Shown here: positions 29,058 through 37,567 of the stretch, piece by piece
Numbering within the stretch: the first letter of the stretch is position 1
Layout of the letters: every line of letters starts with the position of its first letter
DNA from: Candidatus Latescibacterota bacterium
GTDB lineage: Bacteria; Latescibacterota; UBA2968; UBA8231
Length of the DNA stretch: 64,000 nt
Reading direction: 5' to 3'
NCBI GenBank assembly: GCA_965204725.1
Contig: OZ242005.1
Span: forward strand, 4,448,001-4,512,000
The notes under the pieces: model-generated
The model's database searches: none
The model's input: the letters and a program-made list of their open reading frames with translations, nothing else
Told to the model about the DNA's origin: nothing
Program-made: the position numbers and the translations under genes

Positions 29058-30412
29058 CGCGCTGCCATACCACGGATTAGGCTCGCGCTGGCGGACCACA
29101 AGTACGCCACGTCACCGCGTCGAAGGATAAAGGTGGAGTACAGGGGCAATCCGGTGGCTCGCTGGAACATCAGCGACAAAAAAAGGCTGCGGCAGAGCAG
29201 GCCGCCGGTCAAAGACCATGCCGCGCCCGTCAGGCCCCAAGCCGGATAAAGGGCAAAGAATAAGACGATGTTGGCGGATAGGCTTATCCACATCGCATGG
29301 GAGAAGACCTGGGGACGATTGACTCCCCGGAAGTAAGCCACGAATATCTCCGTACCGGCATAGGCGAACACGCCGATGGACATTATCCAAGTCAGGTGGA
29401 CTACCGGGGTGAAGGCTTCCGAAAGGAGCAAGGGCACCAAGGGAGTGCTGACGGCGAACCATATAAGGAGTAGGCCCCCAACGGCCCACCAAGTGACGCG
29501 GGCGCAAAAGGCGGCTAGCTCGGGCTGCCCGGTGTCGTTGCCGGCTATCCGAGGCAGCAGATAGGTGGAGATTGCGGTCGGGAGGATGAGGACCCGCGTT
29601 ATCAGGGCGTTGCTCGTTGTAAACAGCCCGATGTCGGCGCGGCTGGCCACGATGCCCAGCAGCAGACTTCCGACCCGGGGGTCTAGGACTTGGCCGACCC
29701 TAGCGACGTATTCCTTGAGATCGTAAATGAGCACCTGTCTTATCCCCTCCCGCGAGGGGAACGCTAGGACCAGCCCGCAATGCCGCCGGAGGTCTGCGAC
29801 CGAGGCCACGATTAGCACGAGGTGCCCTAGGAACAACGACAGAATCGCTCCGTTGACGCCGAGGCCCAATCCCCACACCAGCGTTAGAATGGAGGCGACT
29901 CCGACGGCCGCTTGGATCAAGGAGATTACCGCAAGTTGAGTGAACCGCCTCAGTCCCTGCAATTGCAGGCGGGTGGCAAACACGAGGGACGAGGAGGGAA
30001 TCAGCAAGAGAGCAAGGTAGAACGAGCTCTTATCGGCTTTGAGAAAGAAGCTGAAACCGCTGTGGATTAACGGCAACGCGGCCGCCGCGGCCACGGCACT
30101 GCCGATGAGACAGATGGCAAAGGCGATGGACATACCCTCGGAGACACTTATGCGTTTCGCCATTACGGAGTACTGGACTCCGCGCCCGGTGGCCAGCGTT
30201 CCGATGGTGCCCGCCAAGGCCCCAAAGAGGACGCAGACGAAGTAGGAGCCCAGACCTTCTGGCAAGAGGCTATAGGCGAGGAGACTTTTGGTCAATAGAC
30301 CTACGGCGATGTACAATCCTTGGGAGACCAACAGAATTGCTACTTCTTGTCGGCCGGAGGCAGTGGGTTGCGGCTGGGTGGTATCAGAGGTAATTGTTGA
30401 GTTATTTGGCAT
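29054..30412 (-). CDS. Polysaccharide flippase (Wzx-like)
   Basis: About 12 TM segments; LAYSLLPEGLGSY, ADIGLF, WGLTGAAW motifs. Confidence 0.85.
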   Translation of the reverse strand: MPNNSTITSDTTQPQPTASGRQEVAILLVSQGLYIAVGLLTKSLLAYSLLPEGLGSYFVCVLFGALAGTIGTLATGRGVQYSVMAKRISVSEGMSIAFAICLIGSAVAAAAALPLIHSGFSFFLKADKSSFYLALLLIPSSSLVFATRLQLQGLRRFTQLAVISLIQAAVGVASILTLVWGLGLGVNGAILSLFLGHLVLIVASVADLRRHCGLVLAFPSREGIRQVLIYDLKEYVARVGQVLDPRVGSLLLGIVASRADIGLFTTSNALITRVLILPTAISTYLLPRIAGNDTGQPELAAFCARVTWWAVGGLLLIWFAVSTPLVPLLLSEAFTPVVHLTWIMSIGVFAYAGTEIFVAYFRGVNRPQVFSHAMWISLSANIVLFFALYPAWGLTGAAWSLTGGLLCRSLFLSLMFQRATGLPLYSTFILRRGDVAYLWSASASLIRGMAAR

Positions 30413-30577
30413 AATCCACGAAAAGGGTTGGCTTTCAACCGTATAAGCCCCATTTTTAATGGTTTCTAAGCAAGGAAGCGCAGGGCGCGCTTAAAAATAT
30501 CTTCGGGCCTCTACCTTCGCCAGACAGCCGAGTCTGGGGAGGATTGGCGGCGAGAGGCCACGGCCAACCAAAACGGT

Positions 30578-31435
30578 ATGAAACCTAATAAAGACCAACA
30601 CCCCAACTACGACTATCTATTGGTGGTCGGCCCGGGCCGCTCCGGGACCGACTTCCTCTATGCAAACCTTAGACAGCACCCCCAGTTTGCGTTTCCAGAG
30701 ATCAAGGAGGCAGGCTACTATCGGTCGCCGCGGCGGTTCGAGAAAGAGTACGGACGCCTGCTTGGCGGAGAAGACAGAATCCTAGCCGACATCTCAAACC
30801 TAGCGTACCAAGACCGTTTGCTCGGCCCCGGTGTGAGTGCCCTAAAGTGCCGGGGAGTCCGCGTCCTGATCGTCGTCCTGCTGCGGGAGCATTGCGCTAG
30901 GGCCCGCTCCATGGTCCGGTACAGAAGGAGCCGAGGACACCTCTCGGCTTGGTTGGGGGCCAACCGGCTGGAGCAGTCTGTGGTGCGGGACAGGTTGACC
31001 CCCGAGCAGCTCGAAGAGATACACCGCCTCGGCGTTGACGTGCTCTCGGTCGAGTTCTCTGCAATCGTGGAAAACCCGGAGCAGGTGTTCCGCCACCTGA
31101 GCCTCCTCTGTGGAGTATCTGTCTCCGAGCACATCGAGACGCGAATCACCAATAGATCGGTTCGCCACCGCAACCTAGTCCTCTCCACCTTGGCAACGTC
31201 AGGGGCCACCCTGTTGCGTTCTTTGGGACTCAGAAGGCTGCTACAACGCCTCAAAGACTCCGAGCCTTTGGACCGACTGCTCTTCGTGCCGCTCCCCGAA
31301 GACGAGCGGGAGGTCATTCTGAACGCGGAGAGCGTCTGTCTGCTAGAGAATGCGTTCGCCGAGTGCCGCTCAACCATTCGGTCGCACGCCGAGAAATTGG
31401 CACGGGGCATCTACTTCCGAAGCGCGAATCGTTAA
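30578..31435 (+). CDS. Sulfotransferase-like protein
   Basis: PAPS-binding-like VVGPGRSGTDFLYANLRQHPQF...KE; LLRE...RARS. Confidence 0.7.
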   Translation: MKPNKDQHPNYDYLLVVGPGRSGTDFLYANLRQHPQFAFPEIKEAGYYRSPRRFEKEYGRLLGGEDRILADISNLAYQDRLLGPGVSALKCRGVRVLIVVLLREHCARARSMVRYRRSRGHLSAWLGANRLEQSVVRDRLTPEQLEEIHRLGVDVLSVEFSAIVENPEQVFRHLSLLCGVSVSEHIETRITNRSVRHRNLVLSTLATSGATLLRSLGLRRLLQRLKDSEPLDRLLFVPLPEDEREVILNAESVCLLENAFAECRSTIRSHAEKLARGIYFRSANR

Positions 31436-31520
31436 GACCGGCCAAGACCCAGCCCGATTCTAAAAAGTTGTCTGAAAACCCACCTTGGGTCATGTTGAAC
31501 AAGCCGTAGAGACGGTTGCC

Positions 31521-31574
31521 GTCATTCCTGCGAAAGAACGTCACCCCGTGCCCCGACACGGGGCGGGAATCCAG
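31521..31574 (+). repeat. Composite REP-like palindrome upstream of Rpn copy 3
   Basis: gtcattcctgcgaaag-aacgtcaccccgtgccccgacacgggg-cgggaatccag. Confidence 0.85.
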
Positions 31575-31659
31575 TTTTCCCCCAACGTCCCATGCCTGTA
31601 TCCTTTTCGCTACACGCCCCACGCCGCCGATCCACGCCCTCCCCTCTGAGCCGCCGCCG

Positions 31660-31674
31660 TGGCACGATTCTTGC
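31660..31674 (+). promoter_or_regulatory. Putative sigma54 promoter of Rpn copy 3
   Basis: TGGCACGATTCTTGC matches TGGCACG-N4-TTGC and ends 46 bp before the ATG. Confidence 0.6.
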
Positions 31675-31720
31675 CGGTTGCACATACCACCCCTTCTCAC
31701 CCGCAACCAAGGCAAGACCC

Positions 31721-32668
31721 ATGGCCGAATTCGACACCATCGCCAAACACCTCATCCACGCCTACCCGGCAGACTTCGCCCGCTTCGCCCTCCAACAAGA
31801 CGACATCCAAATCCTCGGCGTCGTCGATACCGAGCAGACCACCGTCGAAACCCACCGCACCGACAGCCTCATCCGCGTCAAAATTGGCGACCAGAAGGCG
31901 TTGATCCATCACGAGTTCCAAACCACCGACAGCAATCCCCCCATGCCCCTCCGCATGGCCGGCTATATCGGACGCGGCATTGAGCAACACCGCCGGCCGA
32001 TCTACTCCAACGTCATCTATCTCCGTCCAGACGCCGGCCGAAATGACCCGGGCTACTACGTCCAAGAACGACGCGGCTACCGCGTCTTAGTCCAATACAA
32101 GGTCATCCGGCTGATCGAGATAGACGGCCAACGCATCCTCGACGCCGGACCTTCGGGCTTGCTGCCGTTTGCGCCGTTGATGCAGCCGCCGGTGGGCGTC
32201 GATGCCGAGGGCTGGTTGCGCCAGTGTGTGAATCGGGCGCAACAGGTGCCGATGGACGAGAGCCGCAAGGCGAACTATCTGGCCGATCTTGCGATGTTGA
32301 GCGGACTGGTGTATAACTTAGAGACGATTATGACCATCATCGAGGAGGAGACCATGTACGAATCGTCGGTAGTGCAGTATTTCACGGAACAGGGGATTAA
32401 GCAGGGGATTAAGCAGGGGATTAAGCAGGGGATTGAACAGGGGATTGAACAGGGGATTGAACAGGGCATTGAGCGAGGCGGCAGAGAACGTGCCATTGAA
32501 GACCTGCTTGAAGTACTAGAGATTCGCTTTGGGCTGGCTGCGTCGGACCCGTTGGCCGCTCGCATTGGGGCCACCGACGAGGTGCAGCACCTCAAGCAGT
32601 TGTTTCGGGAGGCCATACAGGTGCCCAGCCTTGACGCCTTTAGACGCCTGTTAGACCGAGCCGAGTAG
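31721..32668 (+). CDS. Rpn family recombination-promoting nuclease / putative transposase, copy 3
   Basis: Nuclease domain essentially identical to 8857..9783; true start MAEFD at 31721. Confidence 0.9.
   Translation: MAEFDTIAKHLIHAYPADFARFALQQDDIQILGVVDTEQTTVETHRTDSLIRVKIGDQKALIHHEFQTTDSNPPMPLRMAGYIGRGIEQHRRPIYSNVIYLRPDAGRNDPGYYVQERRGYRVLVQYKVIRLIEIDGQRILDAGPSGLLPFAPLMQPPVGVDAEGWLRQCVNRAQQVPMDESRKANYLADLAMLSGLVYNLETIMTIIEEETMYESSVVQYFTEQGIKQGIKQGIKQGIEQGIEQGIEQGIERGGRERAIEDLLEVLEIRFGLAASDPLAARIGATDEVQHLKQLFREAIQVPSLDAFRRLLDRAE
32390..32473 (+). repeat. Seven 12-bp tandem repeats encoding QGIK/QGIE
   Basis: caggggattaag x3, caggggattgaa x3, cagggcattgag; only four units in copy 1. Confidence 0.9.
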
Positions 32669-32714
32669 GACGCCGCGTAATAGCGTTCTACCCGAACCCG
32701 TTCAAGCCGTCCTG

Positions 32715-32804
32715 CCCGCGCAAGAACATTTCAGTTGTTGGAGCAGGACGCTTTTCTGGCTTCCCGCCCCGTGTCGGGGCACGGGGTGGCGTTCTTGCGC
32801 GGGA
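32715..32804 (-). repeat. Composite REP-like palindrome downstream of Rpn copy 3
   Basis: ttcccgccccgtgtcggggcacggggtggcgttcttgcgcggg; cccgcgcaagaac pairs with gttcttgcgcggg. Confidence 0.8.
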
Positions 32805-32820
32805 GTATCTGTGTTGCGGG

Positions 32821-33444
32821 TCAAGCCTTTTTGTGGCCTACTGGGGCGGGGTGTTGGACCCACGGGGAGCCTCGCTGGGCAATGGCGTTGAGCACCAGCA
32901 GCAGCTTCCGCATCACCGCGATCAGGGCCACCTTGCCGGTCTTGCCCCGGGTACACAGTCGTTGATAGAACCGCTTGAGGTCGTCGTTGCAGCGGATCGC
33001 CACCAAGGCCGCCAAGTACAACACCTTCCGCCCCGGACCGAGCGATACCCCTGCTGTCGGCCGCTGTCGTTGGCCCAAGGGGCCAGCCCGACCAACGAGG
33101 TCACCTCCTTGCCGCTGTAGTGCCCTAACTCCGGCAGATACCCCACCAGCGTCGCCGCGGTCAACGCACCCACGCCCGGTACACTGCGGTGCTTGGGCGA
33201 AGCTGTGCACGCGATTGGGATGCACTACGTGGACCGGTCACCCTGTGGCCTGCACCCGACGCACCAGAGGCCGCTCATAGCCCCCCGTCGGTTCGCACAC
33301 CACCTCGGTCGCCCCCTGGCGTTCCAACCACCCCACCAAGGCCGTACGCCCCGCGGGGGTGTTGGCAAATCGACGCACCCGACCGGCCGACACCGACACG
33401 TCCAAGCTCGTCTTTCCTACGTCTATACCGGCCATAACTTTCAT
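32821..33444 (-). pseudogene. IS110 family transposase pseudogene
   Basis: GIDVGK...VVCEPTGGYE N-terminus, in-frame stop, large internal deletion, then PGVG...GLAPWANDSG and (frameshifted) LYLAA...KVALIAVMRKLL. Confidence 0.9.
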
Positions 33445-33755
33445 GCTGACAGCCTCTTGGTTATCGTTAGCATGGTGCTGTCCTCCCCACTTGTAATACG
33501 GGCCTCGTGCCCCTGTATCGGTTCGGAGCGACAACTCAGCGTGAGGGGTGTCTTACTCCCGCACGGTGCCGCCGACACGGACGTGCCGGCGCACCCAATG
33601 ACGGACGACGCGCCCCGCACGCGGCCCTTTCAGAGTGGCCGATCTGAAAGGAATACGCAACATCAAATGACGGACCCCGGATCTACGGCGTGTTCAACAT
33701 GCCCCAAAGTGGGTTTTCAGACCGCTTCTTAACAACTGAACGAAAGGAACATTCG

Positions 33756-35201
33756 ATGCGACACAGCTATTTGTCTGCTTTGCTCCTGCTGGTGGCAATC
33801 TACCCAGCGGCCGCAAACCGCTACGACGATCCGGGCTTCCTCACCAGCCACCTCGTCTCCGGCGGGGTGGCCAAAGATGGCATTCCGGCCCTAACCAATC
33901 CCACCTTTGTAGGACCGGACGAAGTGAACTATCTAGCGGAAGACGACGTGATTATGGGATTGGTCATCAACGGCCAACCGCGGGCGTACCCGCACAACAT
34001 TGGCTGGTGGAACGAGGTCATCAACGACCGCGTCGGCGATCAGTCGGTCGTCGTATCGCTGTGCCCGCTTACGGGGACCGGCCAAGTCTTCAACGCCACG
34101 GATGGCGATGGCTCGCAAATCGAGTTCGGGGTCTCCGGTCTGCTGATCAACAGCAACTTGGTCATGTACGATCGGCGCGATGGCGAAACCCTGTACCCCC
34201 AGATGATTTACACGGCCATCAACGGGCCTCAAGTCGGCGACCGCCTAGAGCTGATGCCGGTGGTGGAGACGACTTGGGCGTTGTGGAAGCGGATGTACCC
34301 GAGCACCACTGTAGTTAAGGCGACCACGGGCTGGGCGTACTACAACTCGCGGCCTGCTTACAACGAGAACCAATACACCTTCTATCCTTACGGCGATTAC
34401 CGCACCAGCCACGAGTACCTGATTTTCCTGCCGACGACCAATGGCGGCGCATTCGACCCGCGCTTTGAGACCAAGGACCTCGCGTTGGGATTGTGCCGCA
34501 ACGACCAGACAAAAGCCTTTCCCTTCGCCCGGATGCCCGACGAGGCCGTTATCAACGATCTCATCGGCGGCGATCCCGTAGTCGTCCTATTCGACGCTGA
34601 GTCGCGCACGGCCTTGGCCTATTTCAGCCAGCTCGACGACGCGCCATTGAGCTTTTACGGAGTGGAGTCTGAGGGGCCGCTGCCGGTCGAATTCATGGAT
34701 GCGGAGACGGGTTCGCGCTGGAACATGCTCGGAGAAGCTGTTGCGGGGCCGCTCGCGGGGCAGCGGTTGGCGCAAGTCCCGGCGTACAACGCCATGTGGT
34801 TTGCTTGGACCGCCTACTGGCCCGATACGGAGGTCTGGCAGCCGGGCGAGGGGATTCTCAGCCCAGCGGACATTGAGCAAGCCGCAACATCTATTGAATC
34901 CTTGGACGCCGCGCCTACGAGCTTTGCCCTGCGGCAAAACTTTCCCAACCCGTTCAACGCTCAGACCCTGATTCAGTATGAGTTACCAGCGGCCGGGCCG
35001 GTGCAACTCGGCGTGTTCAATGCGGCCGGGCAGCGGGTTCGCTCGTTGGTAGAAGGACACCAAGGGGCCGGGCTGTACTTGCAGCCTTGGGACGGCCGCG
35101 ATGATGCGGGGACAGCCGTAGCAAGCGGGACGTACTTGTGCAAGTTGGAGATGCCCGCGGCGCGGTTTAGCCAGACGCAGACGATGACGTTGGTGCGTTG
35201 A
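33756..35201 (+). CDS. DUF3179 domain protein with FlgD-Ig/T9SS-like C-terminal domain
   Basis: SGG..KDGIPAL..P.F, RAYP, EVIND, CPLTG, FGVSGLL.NSNLVMYDR, WFAW..YWPDT; NFPNPFN tail; RBS aaagga. Confidence 0.88.
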   Translation: MRHSYLSALLLLVAIYPAAANRYDDPGFLTSHLVSGGVAKDGIPALTNPTFVGPDEVNYLAEDDVIMGLVINGQPRAYPHNIGWWNEVINDRVGDQSVVVSLCPLTGTGQVFNATDGDGSQIEFGVSGLLINSNLVMYDRRDGETLYPQMIYTAINGPQVGDRLELMPVVETTWALWKRMYPSTTVVKATTGWAYYNSRPAYNENQYTFYPYGDYRTSHEYLIFLPTTNGGAFDPRFETKDLALGLCRNDQTKAFPFARMPDEAVINDLIGGDPVVVLFDAESRTALAYFSQLDDAPLSFYGVESEGPLPVEFMDAETGSRWNMLGEAVAGPLAGQRLAQVPAYNAMWFAWTAYWPDTEVWQPGEGILSPADIEQAATSIESLDAAPTSFALRQNFPNPFNAQTLIQYELPAAGPVQLGVFNAAGQRVRSLVEGHQGAGLYLQPWDGRDDAGTAVASGTYLCKLEMPAARFSQTQTMTLVR

Positions 35202-35249
35202 TCGGATATATTTCTCTCCATCTCATCCCCCTTTAGACGAAAGGCACCG

Positions 35250-35510
35250 ATGATGGCTAGCCTAGAAGAGTTTCCGATATTTGAGTGGGTGCGTAAGCGT
35301 GCGTGGGAGCAGGGGTTTCAGCAGGGGCTTCGGCAAGTGATCCAAGAAACCTTGGCGGTTCGGTTTGCGGAGGATGAAGTACAGGCGGTGGCTGATCGCT
35401 TGGCGGCGATTGAGCAGGTGGACCAACTGCAAGCCTTGCTGCGCATCGCTATACATGTGGAGCAACTAGCCGACTTCACCCGCTTGGTCGATGAGATCAC
35501 CGCCAAATAA
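35250..35510 (+). CDS. Stand-alone Rpn C-terminal-domain-like protein (RpnS/DUF4351-like)
   Basis: EQGFQQG...LAVRF...RLAAIEQVDQLQALLRIAI.VEQLADF.RL aligns with the C-terminal part of the Rpn copies. Confidence 0.7.
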   Translation: MMASLEEFPIFEWVRKRAWEQGFQQGLRQVIQETLAVRFAEDEVQAVADRLAAIEQVDQLQALLRIAIHVEQLADFTRLVDEITAK

Positions 35511-35685
35511 AAATCGCCAGCCCACCGCGAACCGAAGCCGCGCCCTGCAAGCTGGCGGTGTGCAATGGGCGGAGACCGCGACTGCCCAGCCCCGAGCGTT
35601 TCGCACTGACCGTTTGAACGCGATAGTTTCTAAGTAACTCCCACCGGCCGGGACACGAGGCCCGGCCCACCGCAAGGAGCAAGCC

Positions 35686-35916
35686 ATGACCGATCAACCC
35701 CAACCCCTAACGCAAACCCAAGACCACGACCGCCGCATTGGCCGATTAGAAGGCATTGTCGAGCAGTTAGACCGCCGACTGGACGCCATTGAACGGGCGA
35801 TTGCCGAACTGCGTGGCGAAGTGCGTGCGTCGATCCGCTGGCTCATCGGCATCCAGATAGCCAGCCTAATTGCCATTGGGAGCCTGTTGTTCAGCATCTT
35901 GGGCAAGCTACCCTAA
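35686..35916 (+). CDS. Small coiled-coil protein with C-terminal TM (XhlA/DUF1640-like)
   Basis: RBS aaggag; heptad pattern then RWLIGIQIASLIAIGSLL; paralog of 16690..16899. Confidence 0.75.
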   Translation: MTDQPQPLTQTQDHDRRIGRLEGIVEQLDRRLDAIERAIAELRGEVRASIRWLIGIQIASLIAIGSLLFSILGKLP

Positions 35917-35995
35917 CCAAGTCGCCCTAGCTAGCCCTTATGCTGGCCGGGTCGAGCCAACCAAAGGAACGGAACCTGCCCTGCCCGTGCAGACT

Positions 35996-36049
35996 CAATC
36001 CTCTCAACCTCTTCACGCCTTGCCGCAAGGCTATCGGCTGCAAGAATAC
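35996..36049 (+). pseudogene. Remnant of a kinase-3-type 5' end
   Basis: QSSQPLHALPQGYRLQEY vs ESPQPLNALPQGYRLQEY at 46312-46365. Confidence 0.75.
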
Positions 36050-36116
36050 CTATTGTCATGTACCCTACTTGCGTCCCGACGCTGGTGGTGACGATTAGCA
36101 AAAACTAGGAAAAATT

Positions 36117-37538
36117 ATGAGTGAGCCACAGCAGCATCGCTTGGCTCTGCCGCAGGGGACGCGCATTCGGGATTTTGAGTTTCACCGCGTCCTCGGCCAC
36201 GGCGGCTTCGGCATGACCTATCTAGGCTGGAACCTTGCCTTGGATATTCCGGTGGCGATCAAGGAGTATCTGCCGGGCGACTTGGCCACCCGCGAACAAG
36301 ACGGGTCCGTTGTGCCGCAGTCGTCGCAGGCGGCGGCCGATTTCCAATGGGGCTTAGAGCGGTTTTTGGACGAAGCCCGGACGCTAGCGCGGTTCCAACA
36401 TCCCAACATCGTCCGCGTCCTTCACTTCTTTGAAGCGCACAGCACGGCGTATATCGTGATGGAATATGCCGAGGGCGAGACTTTGTCGGCGCATATTGAG
36501 CGCAAAGGGTCGCTGCAAGAAGCCGAACTCAAAGCGATTCTGTATCCGCTGCTGAGTGCCTTGGAGGTGGTGCATGGGGCGGACTTTTTGCACCGGGACA
36601 TCAAGCCGGGCAACATCGTCTTGCGCGATGTGGATGGTTCGCCGGTGTTGTTGGACTTTGGGGCGGCGCGGCAGGCGATTGGGGCGAAGAGCCGGTCGGT
36701 TACGTCTATCGTAACGCCGGGATATGCGCCTATTGAGCAGTATTCGAGCCGAGGACGTCAAGGGGCGTGGACGGATATATATGCGTTGGGGGGCGTGTGT
36801 TATCGGGCGTTGACGGGGGATGTGCCGGAGGACGCCACCGATAGGGTGCGGCATGATCCGCTCGTTCCGATAGCGCAGCGGTGTGCGGGTCGGGTGAGTG
36901 CGGCGTTTTTGTCGGCGGTGGATTGGGCGTTGTCGGTGGACGAGGGGGCTCGTCCGCAGAGTGTGGGAGCGTGGCGGGAGGCGATGGGGGCGGCAGCAGA
37001 GAAGGCGGTGGTGGACGCGCCAAGCGTGGGGCGGGTAGAGCAGGACGCGCCGCCGCTGGAGCAACCGCACGATCCTGACCCCGTGTTCAACGACGATGAG
37101 CTACAGCGTCAGGAACAGGCATTTTTCGCCGAGGTGGGGCGCCAGCCACATCCGAAAGGGAAGTACGGGGGTGAGACCGACCTGCACGTTGCAGCGAGAC
37201 TGAACCTGCCCGTGCTGGCCCGATCCCTGCTCACACAGGGCGCGGATGTCCACGCCAAAAACATCCGTGGCTGGACGCCGCTGCACTGGGCGGCGTATAA
37301 GGATGCTGCTATGACGGCGAAGGTGCTGCTGGAAAACGGCGCGGACGTAAACGCCAAAAACGACCATGGCCAGACGCCGCTGCGCGTAGCGATGGCAGAG
37401 GATGCTGTTGCGACAGTGAAGGTGTTGCGCCGCTCCGGTGGCCGCGTCAACAAGCGGAATGGCGAGGGGAATGGAGGTTGTATGATACTTGTAGGTATAG
37501 GTATGGGGACCATGATTTTGGGCCTTCTTGCCTGTTGA
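36117..37538 (+). CDS. Hanks-type Ser/Thr kinase 1 with ankyrin repeats and hydrophobic C-tail
   Basis: GHGGFG, VAIKE, HRDIKPGN, DFG, GYAPIEQ, DIYALG; TPLHWAA...LLENGADVNA. Confidence 0.95.
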   Translation: MSEPQQHRLALPQGTRIRDFEFHRVLGHGGFGMTYLGWNLALDIPVAIKEYLPGDLATREQDGSVVPQSSQAAADFQWGLERFLDEARTLARFQHPNIVRVLHFFEAHSTAYIVMEYAEGETLSAHIERKGSLQEAELKAILYPLLSALEVVHGADFLHRDIKPGNIVLRDVDGSPVLLDFGAARQAIGAKSRSVTSIVTPGYAPIEQYSSRGRQGAWTDIYALGGVCYRALTGDVPEDATDRVRHDPLVPIAQRCAGRVSAAFLSAVDWALSVDEGARPQSVGAWREAMGAAAEKAVVDAPSVGRVEQDAPPLEQPHDPDPVFNDDELQRQEQAFFAEVGRQPHPKGKYGGETDLHVAARLNLPVLARSLLTQGADVHAKNIRGWTPLHWAAYKDAAMTAKVLLENGADVNAKNDHGQTPLRVAMAEDAVATVKVLRRSGGRVNKRNGEGNGGCMILVGIGMGTMILGLLAC

Positions 37539-37567
37539 CCGCTAGCTTGAACGTACACGGAGAAGTT

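Larger units (their letters stand above)
31464..33728. mobile_element. 2.27-kb composite element bounded by ~60-bp imperfect inverted repeats, carrying an Rpn gene and an IS110 relic
   Basis: Left aaagttgtctgaaaacccaccttgggtcatgttgaacaagccgtaga; right end reverse complement gaagcggtctgaaaacccactttggggcatgttgaacacgccgtaga; TAA/TTA outside. Confidence 0.65.

Noticed and set aside
31592-31720. Extended N-termini given by the ORF track (e.g. Rpn from 31592, hisH from 59082, DUF4340 from 11645, PPK2 from 53537, recO from 62220)
   Set aside because: Homology, RBS position and stop/start overlaps support the shorter starts used in the feature list.
33756-35201. Selenoprotein recoding in the DUF3179 gene
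   Set aside because: The ORF is uninterrupted, with no in-frame TGA at the CPL motif.
35511-35685. Possible structured RNA/riboswitch before the small coiled-coil gene
   Set aside because: Only a short GC hairpin (ggccggg...cccggcc) is evident; no family motif recognisable without a covariance search.
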